Of a stretch of 64,000 nucleotides of DNA, positions 1-8,976 are shown in pieces. The position numbers and the translations under genes were made by a program. Location of the stretch: positions 1,026,657 to 1,090,656 of the forward strand of contig JBEPZY010000001.1 in NCBI GenBank assembly GCA_041640595.1, read 5' to 3'. The notes under the pieces were generated by a model. That model ran no database searches, was not told where the DNA came from, and worked only from the letters and a program-made list of their open reading frames with translations. The first letter of the stretch is position 1, and every line of letters starts with the position of its first letter. This stretch comes from Gemmatales bacterium. Its GTDB lineage: Bacteria > Planctomycetota > Planctomycetia > Gemmatales > HRBIN36.

Positions 1-138
1 ATCAGTGCTAGCAATTCTGCCTGCTTAGCGAGCAGCATGCCAGACTGACTCGCACCTGCTGATTCCATTTCTCGATCGTAAGTCATCACGTGGTCTTAGC
101 TTATGACAGAAAAAACAAACGGATTAATCGAGCCTCAT

Positions 139-154
139 TGGCATAAGCGTTGCT
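139..154 (+). promoter_or_regulatory. sigma-54 (RpoN)-type -24/-12 promoter candidate for glnA
   Basis: TTGGCATaagcgTTGCT. GG is at 140-141 and GC at 152-153, the same 12-nt register as the consensus YTGGCACGrNNNTTGCW. It lies about 90 nt upstream of the glnA start. glnA is a classical sigma-54 target in other phyla. Confidence 0.5.
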
Positions 155-167
155 AAAATTTGCTTAT

Positions 168-204
168 CCTTCCCAAATGGATGAGCGGGTGGCCTTTGGG
201 AAGG
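168..204 (+). promoter_or_regulatory. 10-bp perfect stem-loop in the glnA 5' leader
   Basis: CCTTCCCAAA (168-177) is the exact reverse complement of TTTGGGAAGG (195-204), with a 17-nt loop. It sits between the putative -12 element and the SD/GTG start. No U-tract follows it. Confidence 0.5.
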
Positions 205-245
205 GCTTTAGCTATTTAAGAGAAACCCGTGAGGAGGTAACATCT

Positions 246-1658
246 GTGAAACCGAAAGAAGTGCTGGCTCTGATCAAGGAAAAGCAAATCCAGGCCGTGG
301 ATTTGCGATTCATGGACTTCCCGGGAATGTGGCAACATTTCACCATCCCGGCGGATGCTCTGGACGAGGCGGTCTTTGAGGAAGGAGTTGGCTTTGACGG
401 ATCTTCGATTCGCGGTTGGCAGGCCATCAATGAATCCGACATGCTGGTTATTCCGCAACCGGAGACCGCCTTCATTGACCCGTTTACCAAAGTTCCCACG
501 CTTACCATGATTTGCAACATTCAAGACCCGTTGACCCGGGAGGACTACACGCGCGACCCTCGTAATATTGCCCGCAAAGCCGTCAATTACATGAAGTCCA
601 CCGGCATTGCCGATGTCGCTTATTTCGGTCCCGAACTTGAGTTCTTCATTTTCGACGACATTCGCTACGACCAGACCCAGAACTGCGGCTACTATTACAT
701 AGATTCCATCGAAGGGGCCTGGAACACGGGCCGCGATGAGAAACCGAACCTCGGTTACAAACTGCGTTACAAAGAAGGCTACTTCCCCGTTCCGCCGTCC
801 GATCATCTCCAGGACATTCGTACTGAGATGATGCTGACGCTCATCCAATGCGGCGTGCCCATCGAAGCGCAGCATCACGAGGTGGCCACCGGTGGTCAGG
901 GCGAAATTGACATGAAGTACGCCCCACTTGTTGAGATGGCGGACAACGTGCTCAAGTACAAGTACATTGTCAAGAACGTGGCACGCAAGTATGGCAAGAC
1001 GGCCACGTTTATGCCCAAGCCGATCTTTGGCGACAATGGTTCCGGCATGCACGTGCACACCAGCCTGTGGAAAAACGGTGTGAATTTGTTTGCCGGTTCT
1101 GGTTATGCCGGGTTGAGCGACATTGGTCTATATGCCATCGGTGGATTGCTCAAACATGCCCCTGCCCTGTGCGCGTTCACCAACCCAACCACCAACAGCT
1201 ACAAGCGACTGGTTCCCGGCTATGAGGCGCCTGTCAATCTCGCCTATAGCCGACGCAACCGCTCCGCGGCAATACGTATCCCCGTCTATAGCCCCAGCCC
1301 CAAGGCCAAGCGTCTGGAGTTCCGTTGTCCGGACGGCAGCTCCAATCCCTACCTCACTTTCGCTGCCATGCTCATGGCCATGCTCGACGGCATCCAGAAC
1401 AAAATCCATCCGGGCGAGCCACTCGATAAGGACATTTACGACCTCGAACCGGAAGAACTGGCAAAAGTCCCCAAGACGCCGGGTTCCCTGGAAGAAGCCC
1501 TGAAGGCGCTGCGGGCCGACCATGAATTCCTGCTACGCGGCGATGTGTTTACTCCCGATGTGATTGACACCTGGATCTGGTACAAGACCGAACGGGAGGC
1601 GGATGCTGTCCGACTTCGGCCACATCCGTACGAATTCGTGCTCTATTTTGATATCTAG
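246..1658 (+). CDS. glnA: glutamine synthetase, type I
   Basis: The ORF 150..1658 translation is GS-I-like along its full length ([43 protein letters not shown]). The start is trimmed to GTG 246, which is 8 nt after GAGGAGG (231-237) and gives the usual short N-terminus ([12 protein letters not shown]...). Confidence 0.95.
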   Translation: MKPKEVLALIKEKQIQAVDLRFMDFPGMWQHFTIPADALDEAVFEEGVGFDGSSIRGWQAINESDMLVIPQPETAFIDPFTKVPTLTMICNIQDPLTREDYTRDPRNIARKAVNYMKSTGIADVAYFGPELEFFIFDDIRYDQTQNCGYYYIDSIEGAWNTGRDEKPNLGYKLRYKEGYFPVPPSDHLQDIRTEMMLTLIQCGVPIEAQHHEVATGGQGEIDMKYAPLVEMADNVLKYKYIVKNVARKYGKTATFMPKPIFGDNGSGMHVHTSLWKNGVNLFAGSGYAGLSDIGLYAIGGLLKHAPALCAFTNPTTNSYKRLVPGYEAPVNLAYSRRNRSAAIRIPVYSPSPKAKRLEFRCPDGSSNPYLTFAAMLMAMLDGIQNKIHPGEPLDKDIYDLEPEELAKVPKTPGSLEEALKALRADHEFLLRGDVFTPDVIDTWIWYKTEREADAVRLRPHPYEFVLYFDI

Positions 1659-1795
1659 AGCGACTCACCATACCCGTCCCGACGGCCTTCCCGGCTCGTG
1701 GCTGTGAGTCACCCAAAAGCACGGCCGTAGCTAAAACGGGCTGGAAACGGCCCTGGCTTTCTGACCGGGCAAAGCAACGGACAAACCCGGCATTC

Positions 1796-1830
1796 GGGGC
1801 ACGAGCGGATTCGTGCCCCTGATTTTTTTT
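1796..1830 (+). terminator. rho-independent terminator of glnA
   Basis: GGGGCACGA (1796-1804) pairs with TCGTGCCCC (1811-1819), with a 6-nt loop. It is followed by tgaTTTTTTTT (T-run 1823-1830). Confidence 0.85.
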
Positions 1831-1930
1831 AGTGCCCAAATTTTTCCGAAACCGCAGCTTACAAACCCCCGCTCAAATTCGGTGTGCGCAATTTTAATGC
1901 CCGGCGAACAGCATTACGTTTCCGGCACGG

Positions 1931-2575
1931 CTAATTTCGATCCGGCTCCGGCTGGGTGAAATCTACTACGACCCGTGAGCCAGCTTGAACGGTGACATGT
2001 CTCTTCTTGCGGACAGTCTCCTCCCCTTGCTTCCACGTCGCCGTTATGGTGTACGTGTACAACTTGCCCGGCTGTAATTCCGGCGACTCCAATACCCGGC
2101 GAGGTCCGCCAGTACGCACCGGATAATCTTCCACCATTACCTCAGCGTCGGCAACAGGCAGAATGATCGTAATTTCTGCGGTATTGCGGGATGTGGCAAT
2201 ACGTGGTGCCGTTAGCTCACCGTTTGGACTGGCTGATGGGTAAGCCCGCGGAACGACATGATACTCAGCAGTACTAGGCGGGGCAATCGGCACCACCGGG
2301 TAAACGTAACGCGGATAGACGTAGGGATAATATCCGTAATACGGTTCGCCCCAATAGGGGTCGTAACGTGGGCCGACGTAAACTCCGACACGATACGGAA
2401 CGTAGCCATACGGATAAGTCGAATACTCCCACCAGTAGCGGCGGTAAGCGGGGCCGTAATATACACCAACGCCTCCGGTGCGGACGCCAACTATCACCTG
2501 TTGAGCAGAAGCAACCTCCACGCTGGCCAAAGCTAACACGGTTACAAGCAGGATTGCCTGCAAAATCGGACGCAT
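1931..2575 (-). CDS. secreted protein with Tyr/Pro/Gly-rich region and C-terminal TIGR03000-like planctomycete domain
   Basis: Internal ATG at 2575 gives a signal peptide (MRPILQAILLVTVLALASVEVASA). The C-terminus (AEITIILPVADAEVMVEDYPVRTGGPRRVLESPELQPGKLYTYTITATWKQ...VTVQAGSRVVVDF) matches the pattern I recall for TIGR03000. The upstream part of ORF 1931..2857 looks non-coding. Confidence 0.7.
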   Translation of the reverse strand: MRPILQAILLVTVLALASVEVASAQQVIVGVRTGGVGVYYGPAYRRYWWEYSTYPYGYVPYRVGVYVGPRYDPYWGEPYYGYYPYVYPRYVYPVVPIAPPSTAEYHVVPRAYPSASPNGELTAPRIATSRNTAEITIILPVADAEVMVEDYPVRTGGPRRVLESPELQPGKLYTYTITATWKQGEETVRKKRHVTVQAGSRVVVDFTQPEPDRN

Positions 2576-2756
2576 GGCGGACTCCTTCGTAAAAGGGTTG
2601 GGCAGCGAGATTCCAGTTTCTATTGTAACGCATGACAGGCACGTGTGGGGTGAGCCAATAATCCGGGCGACAGGATTTTTTGACGGTAGAAGATGCGGTT
2701 TTCTTTCCATACAGTGGTGAGCGATAATCCAGGCGACACAATTTCGGAGAAACATC

Positions 2757-3902
2757 GTGGCTACGGCAGCGGTAATCGGTACGGGATTCATTGGGCCGGT
2801 ACACGTTGAAGCCCTGCGGCGATTAGGTGTGCGTGTGCGAGGCATTCTCGGTTCCACTTCCGAGAAGAGCCAGGCCGCCGCTGAGCGCTTGCGGCTGGAA
2901 AAAGCCTACGCCTCGCTCGACGAACTCCTCGCCGACCCCGAGGTTGACGTGGTGCATATCACCTCACCGAATCGGTTCCACTATGAACAGGCACGTCGGG
3001 CCCTGGAAGCCGGCAAACACGTCGTCTGTGAAAAACCGCTGGCGATGAATGTTCAGGAAAGCTCCGAATTAGTGCGTCTGGCAAAAGCGAGTGATCGAAT
3101 ATGTGCCGTGTGCTACAACATCCGCTTCTACCCTCTTTGCCTGGAGGCGCGGGCACGGATCGTCAGTGGTCAACTGGGGCGAATTTTTCACGTTACAGGA
3201 TCGTACCAGCAGGACTGGTTGCTTTATCCGACCGATTACAACTGGCGAGTGCTGGCCAGCGAAGGTGGAGCAGTACGAGCCATCGGCGACATTGGCACCC
3301 ACTGGTTCGATCTGCTGACTTTTATCCTGGGTCAGCCAATCGTTGCGGTTTGCGCAGAGTTGCGAACGATCTGGCCCAAACGCTATAAGCCGACCGGTTC
3401 CACGGAAACGTTTCAGACCAAAATCCAGACCGCCCAAAGCGCAAACGAGGTGCCCATCGACACCGAAGATTACGGGGCGGTACTGATCAGGTTTGCCGAC
3501 GGTACGCCCGGCGTGCTCATCGTTTCGCAGGTAACCGCCGGTGCAAAAAACCGCCTGCGTTGGGAAATTGCCGGCCAGCGGATGGCACTGGCCTGGGACA
3601 GCGAACGTCCCAACGAGATGTGGCTCGGTTACCGCGACCAACCGAATCAACTGCTGCTGCGTGATCCCAGCTTACTGTCTCCGCCAGCACGCATCTGTGC
3701 CGACTATCCCGGCGGGCACAACGAGGGCTTTCCCGACACCTTCAAGCAACTGTTTCGGGCGATTTATGAAGCCATCGAGACCGGTCGCTATCGGGACAAC
3801 CTGATCCCGACTTTCGCAGATGGCCATCGGGAAATTCTCCTGTGTGAGGCCATTCTGCAAAGCCACCAGCAACGTCGCTGGGTCGAAGTCCCCGCGGAGT
3901 AA
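2757..3902 (+). CDS. Gfo/Idh/MocA family NAD(P)-dependent oxidoreductase
   Basis: N-terminal Rossmann motif ([13 protein letters not shown]), EKP motif ([10 protein letters not shown]), and about 380 aa length. Confidence 0.85.
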   Translation: MATAAVIGTGFIGPVHVEALRRLGVRVRGILGSTSEKSQAAAERLRLEKAYASLDELLADPEVDVVHITSPNRFHYEQARRALEAGKHVVCEKPLAMNVQESSELVRLAKASDRICAVCYNIRFYPLCLEARARIVSGQLGRIFHVTGSYQQDWLLYPTDYNWRVLASEGGAVRAIGDIGTHWFDLLTFILGQPIVAVCAELRTIWPKRYKPTGSTETFQTKIQTAQSANEVPIDTEDYGAVLIRFADGTPGVLIVSQVTAGAKNRLRWEIAGQRMALAWDSERPNEMWLGYRDQPNQLLLRDPSLLSPPARICADYPGGHNEGFPDTFKQLFRAIYEAIETGRYRDNLIPTFADGHREILLCEAILQSHQQRRWVEVPAE

Positions 3903-3903
3903 T

Positions 3904-4233
3904 TTATTCGGCCGGCTCAATAATTGCCGACATCGAGCCTTTGGAACGTGGCAACAACGGGTCCGGGCCAAAGGCGTGAATCTGGTCGCGTTTGAGTTCG
4001 GCATGTTCCTTGGTCGTGGTAAGCACGATAGCCCGCCCCTTGGTATGCACTTCCAGGGCGATCTGATACCCCTTCTCCCGCGGATAGCCAAACAGGGTCT
4101 GCATCATGTGGATCACGTAGTCGAAGGTATGGTCGTCGTCGTTTAGCAAAATGACATGGTAAGGCGGCTGCTGCTTGACCTTGTCTTTTTCCTTAGTCTT
4201 CTTTTCCGGAATGGTCAGCGTCTCCGCAGCCAT
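3904..4233 (-). CDS. clpS: ATP-dependent Clp protease adaptor ClpS
   Basis: Core YHVILLNDDDHTFDYVIHMMQTLFGYPREKGYQIALEVHTKGRAIV is typical ClpS. ATG 4233 is preceded by GGAGGGAG. Confidence 0.9.
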   Translation of the reverse strand: MAAETLTIPEKKTKEKDKVKQQPPYHVILLNDDDHTFDYVIHMMQTLFGYPREKGYQIALEVHTKGRAIVLTTTKEHAELKRDQIHAFGPDPLLPRSKGSMSAIIEPAE

Positions 4234-4452
4234 AACCACTCCCTCCACACTGCTGCTGAGCATTTCCGCGGACGCAAGCCTGGCTGAATGTGCTTACCTT
4301 CAGCCGTCCCCAATGAGGATTGTATCGGTTTACCCACGTCGGGGAATTTCGAGAGCCGCACAACCTGCGGGTCTCCTAGACCATCTTAATCAACGTTTTC
4401 CCCAAAGCAAGCGTTCCGCCCAAGGAGCAGAGAGGCGACAAAGGCGGCCTTG

Positions 4453-4965
4453 CTAAGGCAAATCTATGAGTTCGGCAATGCCGAGCCGGGCCAGTTCACG
4501 TCCAAACAAAAATTGCCCCTGACGCACCCATTCGCGAATGTGGTGCTGGTGTGGTTCAAACAAGCGGGCCAGCAATCCGTCCATGTCTTCTTCCATGCGA
4601 ACGAAATGCTGGGCCCATTGCCGCGCTTCATCGGCCATGATGCGGCGATCGCTTTGCCAGCGCATCCGGTGAAAGAAAAAGACACTGTGAGGAGTTACCA
4701 GTCGGCGAACTGCACCACCAAAAATAAGCAAGCATGCTGAGGAACATTCTCCCAGCACTACAATACTCGCCTGCACTTTCCGCAGCCGCAACAGCGATAA
4801 AACCGCTAATGCGCCATAGACCGAACCGCCTGGCGAATCCATGTACAGGGTACACTCGCCGCCCACCGGCAAATCCAGCAAAAATCGAATGGCGTCCGCT
4901 TCCCAGTCTTCAACGTCGCCGACCAGAGCAATTTCGTTACTGTCTTTTTTGCTGCGTCGTGGCAT
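4453..4965 (-). CDS. ClpP/S14-family (Clp protease fold) protein, short N-terminally truncated form
   Basis: LYMDSPGGSVYGALAV...VVLGECSSACLLIFGG...VFFFHRM aligns by eye with ClpP INSPGG...GQAASMG...MIHQP. It is only 170 aa and lacks the canonical about 40-aa N-terminal region. Confidence 0.7.
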   Translation of the reverse strand: MPRRSKKDSNEIALVGDVEDWEADAIRFLLDLPVGGECTLYMDSPGGSVYGALAVLSLLRLRKVQASIVVLGECSSACLLIFGGAVRRLVTPHSVFFFHRMRWQSDRRIMADEARQWAQHFVRMEEDMDGLLARLFEPHQHHIREWVRQGQFLFGRELARLGIAELIDLP

Positions 4966-5223
4966 TTTCGGCCCTCGTTGCCCAATCCCGAGCGGGAGAC
5001 CAGCGTTCTGCAGCCAGGGAAAATGTACCGACCACCTTTGACACCGGCACAGGAAAGCGAATTATAACAGTCCCGATAGCACACGCCTAGACGAACCCGA
5101 CCAGCCACGGCGAGAGCAGCGTTTACACAAGTCGGAAAAAGTGGCGGCGGGACTTGCATCTCCCCTGACGGGTTTGCTAGCATAATATTAGTTATGATGG
5201 CGAAGCTGCTCAAGGAGAAAACT

Positions 5224-5805
5224 ATGCGCGGGCAAACCATGTGGGCAATGCTGCTGGCATGTGGGCTGATGGTGTTTTTCCAGCAAGGCGTTTACGGGCA
5301 GGAAGAGGAACCCGTTAACCGACGTAAATTCGACAAGCCACAGGAAAAGCCTTCAGAGGTGAAGCTCGTCCCTGCCGGTAGCGTTACTGGCAGGATTTCC
5401 AAGGTAGGGGAAGACGGCCGCACGCTTACCCTTACCGTCACCTTCCGTGTGCAGGAACCCAACCCCGGCGCGAATCCCGCTGACCCGCGCACTTATTTCC
5501 GCTGGGTGGAACGCCATCAGGAAATTGATTACATCCTGGCGGAGGATGTGAAAGTGCGGCTACCACCGCCAGCTCCGTATCAGGTGGATGAAAAAGGTAA
5601 GCCTGTCTTCAAACCGTTCAAACCCGACCCCAAAAACGATCCGGACTATCGGTTGGGTGGTGTCAAAGGAGAAGTAAAGGATTTGACTAGCGGGATGATG
5701 GTGACACTGGAATTGAAACGTGCCATCGTGCCGGGTAAACCGATTAATCAGGCTCCGATCTACGCCACCGTTGTAAAAGTGATCGCCAATCCGACGGGAC
5801 AGTAA
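5224..5805 (+). CDS. hypothetical secreted protein
   Basis: AAGGAG (5211-5216) precedes ATG 5224. Signal-like N-terminus MRGQTMWAMLLACGLMVFFQQGVYG. No family recognised. Confidence 0.6.
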   Translation: MRGQTMWAMLLACGLMVFFQQGVYGQEEEPVNRRKFDKPQEKPSEVKLVPAGSVTGRISKVGEDGRTLTLTVTFRVQEPNPGANPADPRTYFRWVERHQEIDYILAEDVKVRLPPPAPYQVDEKGKPVFKPFKPDPKNDPDYRLGGVKGEVKDLTSGMMVTLELKRAIVPGKPINQAPIYATVVKVIANPTGQ

Positions 5806-6157
5806 ATCGCGCTGTTCCCGAAGCGTGGCACGTTGACTGAGCTTAGCGCGGCAGCATCCCCATATCGGTTTCGTCCGGTGTGACCGTCAGGAGAAAAATT
5901 CTGTGCCTGGTCGGAATATCGCGTCCCGATAGCAAACATAACGGTAATCTAGGTGCAATCTCCTGCACGTTGATCGGAGTTCCGGGCGAGTCAGGCCGAT
6001 GACCTGTTCAGCAATACAGGCTGCCATCGCAACTGTGTTTGAATGTGGTTGGTCGCTAGCTACTCAAAACACACCGGAAACAGTCAGAAACGCCGCACGG
6101 GGGAAACTCATGCGCATCACTCAGCCGCGTGGAGGCATACAGCTTAGCACACCTGGA

Positions 6158-6523
6158 ATGAGCCGTATGTCCACACGATTCTCGGGCCGGACGGTATCAA
6201 TTGCCTGCTTTCTGAAAACTCTGCTTCTAGCCGGCGTATGGTTCTGCAGCACGAAAGATGGATCGGCACAGGACCTCCTGCATCCGTGGCAGAATTTCCA
6301 CCCGCCTATTCCGATCCAGAGCTTCTACTGGTACCGTTGCCCGTACGGCTTTCGGGGTCCGCATGACCGTCCCTGTCAGCCGGCCAACGGCGTGGGCCCA
6401 CCCCCGTTGATTATTCCACCCTGTTGCGGATTCCATCCCATTACAGGCGAACCCATCCTGTACACCTGGCATCTGTACGCCCGCAGTCCACGCGATTACT
6501 TCATGCTGACGCCGATACGTTAG
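6158..6523 (+). CDS. hypothetical small secreted Cys/Pro/aromatic-rich protein
   Basis: Internal ATG 6158 gives a signal-like segment (TVSIACFLKTLLLAGVWFCS). No homology recognised, and the start is uncertain. Confidence 0.35.
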   Translation: MSRMSTRFSGRTVSIACFLKTLLLAGVWFCSTKDGSAQDLLHPWQNFHPPIPIQSFYWYRCPYGFRGPHDRPCQPANGVGPPPLIIPPCCGFHPITGEPILYTWHLYARSPRDYFMLTPIR

Positions 6524-7060
6524 GCTCTCCGCAACAACCAACGGTTGCCATCGTTTTCGCCGGCTGAGATACCCAACCGCGACACTTTTTAGACAGCGAA
6601 TGAGCTGGCAGCGACTAAAGCGGCCTTCTAGTCGGCTGAGCTATTGCCCAAAAAGAATCACCGACCAATCCTATCGCGATGCCAAGTAGCGGAAAGGGAA
6701 AGCGAGACACCGGATTCCCACGTTCTACAGGTTTGAGCGTGGCCACGTTTTGGTTGTCACTACAGGGACACGCGAGCGAAACCCTTTCTGCGATCCGGTG
6801 GCGACCAGGCAACGGTTCGCAAAGGCCGGTGACCGACTATAATGGCTCCTAGGAAGGTCAACCGATTGGCGCGACTCGCAGCCGGCCCGCGAAATCGAAG
6901 CATTAGTTGGTTCCTGTCGATAAAGCCGATTCCATCATACCTGGACAATCGTGTAGCAAACAACGAAAGGAACCACCAGTCGTTATCAGGTCGGCTGACG
7001 AGTTCGGGCAACCCGGTCGGGAATTGCGATTCTCTCGATGCTGGAACGTGGCCAACGGTT

Positions 7061-7771
7061 ATGCAGAACTCGGCCCGCTTTTACGGACCACTGGAGCCAT
7101 GCGGTTATTTGCCGGAGCAAATCTGGCGCCTGGAATATGAGTTTGTCAACCGCTTAACTCCGCAAGAGTATCAGGACCGCTTGGAAAGCGGCTGGCGACG
7201 CTTTGGGCGATCTCTATTTCGGAACCGCTGTCCGCAGTGTCATGCCTGTCAATCTTTGCGGGTGCTGGTCGAGGAATTTCGGCCCAACCGCAGTCAGCGC
7301 CGCGCCGCTCGAGCCAATCGTGATGCCACGCGTCGGGTCATTACCACGCCGTCCATTTCGCGGGCAAAACTTGAGCTTTACCGCCGTTTCCACGCCTTTC
7401 AAGCGCGGGAAAAAGGTTGGCCGCAACTCGAAGATTCCGGTTATTTCGCCTACATTGCTTCCTTTGTTGAAAATCCGCTGCCCACGGAAGAGTGGCAGTA
7501 TTACCGTGACGAGCATCTGATCGGCGTGGGCTACGTGGACGTTGTGCCCCACGGATTGTCCGCGATCTACTTTTTTTACGACCCGGACTACCGCCGGTAT
7601 TCGCCGGGCACATGGAACATCCTGTCGTTGATTGAGGAAGCCAAACAACGGGGCATGGCTTACGTGTACCTGGGTTATTACGTGCGGGGATGCCGTTCCC
7701 TGGAGTATAAGGCTAACTTTCGCCCCTGCGAAATTCTCCGCCCTGGGGGATATTGGGAGCGTTTGGACTAA
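7061..7771 (+). CDS. bpt: arginyltransferase-family aspartate/glutamate leucyltransferase (Bpt)
   Basis: ATE_N/ATE_C-like sequence: CGYLPEQIWRLEY, ESGWRRFGRSLFRNRCPQCHACQSLRV, FHAFQAREKGW, LSAIYFFYDPDYRRYSPGTWNIL, YVYLGYYVRGCRSLEYKANFRP. Start trimmed to ATG 7061 (MQNSARFYGP). Confidence 0.85.
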   Translation: MQNSARFYGPLEPCGYLPEQIWRLEYEFVNRLTPQEYQDRLESGWRRFGRSLFRNRCPQCHACQSLRVLVEEFRPNRSQRRAARANRDATRRVITTPSISRAKLELYRRFHAFQAREKGWPQLEDSGYFAYIASFVENPLPTEEWQYYRDEHLIGVGYVDVVPHGLSAIYFFYDPDYRRYSPGTWNILSLIEEAKQRGMAYVYLGYYVRGCRSLEYKANFRPCEILRPGGYWERLD

Positions 7772-8715
7772 TCTGGTTCTGGCGCCGTAGCTTCCACCAG
7801 GAGCCAATCTCCTTGCCCCACCAGCGGCGCCAGACTGGCAGCCAGCCAATTCCGAACCCGGCACGTTCGCCACCATTGCCACCAGCGCGCAAGCAACGGT
7901 CGAGGATTCGAGCAGCACCATTCTCGCCATCGGCGTGCAGATGCTTCCAGCCAATCCAGACACCCGTAAGTACGCACCCGGCGAATGCGCCACCCGGCAG
8001 CCTGCAAGAGCTGAGTAAGCGACCCGACAGTGAAATGCACCCGGCGGTAAGGCAAGTCCAAACCCCGCCACAGTCCTCCGTACTTTCGCAAACCTTGCCC
8101 GGCCAGATTCGGCACCAGTAGCAACAACCGTCCATCTGGGTGCAACAAATTTCGCCAGCTGGCGAGAACCGGCGGAACTTCAGGCTGTCGTTCCAGCCAA
8201 TCTGCGCAGGTAATGCAGGTGATTTGGTTCCGGTACAGCGCTACCAGGTCGTCGAGGCTGCCAAACACCGCATATCCGCCAGCCAGCCACCAGGATTCGG
8301 GAACCTCGCAGGGCCGCGCTTTCCACAACATCACCCGCCAGCCAAGCCGGCTTGCCCAGCGTGGCCAAACGGGGTCAGCCAATCCGAAATGCACAAGTAA
8401 TTGCCCGCGTCGTTCGGCCCGACCGAGTCCTGTTTTGAGAATGGCCGTCGCCCCAGCTGCGGCAATAAAATCGCTCACCGGTTCACCAGCCATCTCGGGC
8501 AGCCCGGCAGGCAGCGGATTGGTGTACCACACGCGGCACCGGTTGCACAACGCCACAGCGTAAATCCTTTGCTCGGAGTCATTCCAGCCGGGACCTTGCA
8601 ATACAGGCTGAGAATCTTCACTGCCGCAAACCGGACAGGGAACATCTATCCAGACGTTGCCGGAAGGGGCAGCTTTTACCGAAGGTATTTCCAGTAGATG
8701 GTAATTGGCGATCAT
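7768..8715 (-). CDS. methyltransferase-fold protein with N-terminal zinc ribbon; SAM motif I appears degenerate
   Basis: CPVCGS...CNRCRVWYTNPLP, then a class-I MTase-like tail (LLHPDGRLLLLVPNLAG). The expected D/ExGxGxG reads LLVHFGLAD. The gene overlaps the bpt stop by 4 nt (convergent). Confidence 0.5.
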   Translation of the reverse strand: MIANYHLLEIPSVKAAPSGNVWIDVPCPVCGSEDSQPVLQGPGWNDSEQRIYAVALCNRCRVWYTNPLPAGLPEMAGEPVSDFIAAAGATAILKTGLGRAERRGQLLVHFGLADPVWPRWASRLGWRVMLWKARPCEVPESWWLAGGYAVFGSLDDLVALYRNQITCITCADWLERQPEVPPVLASWRNLLHPDGRLLLLVPNLAGQGLRKYGGLWRGLDLPYRRVHFTVGSLTQLLQAAGWRIRRVRTYGCLDWLEASARRWREWCCSNPRPLLARWWQWWRTCRVRNWLAASLAPLVGQGDWLLVEATAPEPD

Positions 8716-8976
8716 GCGCTGGGTCCTGGCAGTTCCACTAACCCTTAAAGCCAGTGGTTTGGCAGCTTGTTTGCATCCTGGCTGATATCCTCTCCCCGCA
8801 CGCTGCTAGTTGGTTTGCCAGTAAAGGTCGGCAACACGCTTTGCTCGTTTGAGTGCCGCGTAGTCCGGCTCAACCGGTATACCTATTTGTTCCTGGCCTG
8901 GTCAATAGAAGATGCCAGGTGCCTGGCCGCATCAAAATCGCTATCATATTCGCACCATACCTGGGGAGATCAGCTT

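Noticed and set aside
1-86. Possible 5' end of a minus-strand gene running off the left edge (MTYDREMESAGASQSGMLLAKQAELLALI...).
   Set aside because: Fewer than 30 codons are visible, no strong SD is present and no motif is recognisable. The region may instead hold enhancer sites for glnA.
150-245. 5' extensions of several track ORFs (glnA from 150, 1931..2857, 6842.., 8767.., 10033.., 32527..33474, 40327..40926, 45894.., 57428..57799, 57760..).
   Set aside because: Homology begins at internal ATG/GTG codons that are preceded by GGAGG-like SD sequences. The extensions have no family similarity, overlap upstream genes or regulatory hairpins, and often start at non-ATG codons.
216-1058. Long antisense ORFs throughout the track (e.g. 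216..1058-, 7214..8071-, 15417..16352+, 19955..20884-, 21941..22843+, 29492..30247+, 35914..36951-, 38142..38927-, 52633..53439+, 56315..57031+).
   Set aside because: Each lies opposite a gene with clear family motifs. Their translations are Arg/Gly/Pro/Ala-rich with no recognisable motifs, as expected for shadow frames in GC-rich DNA.
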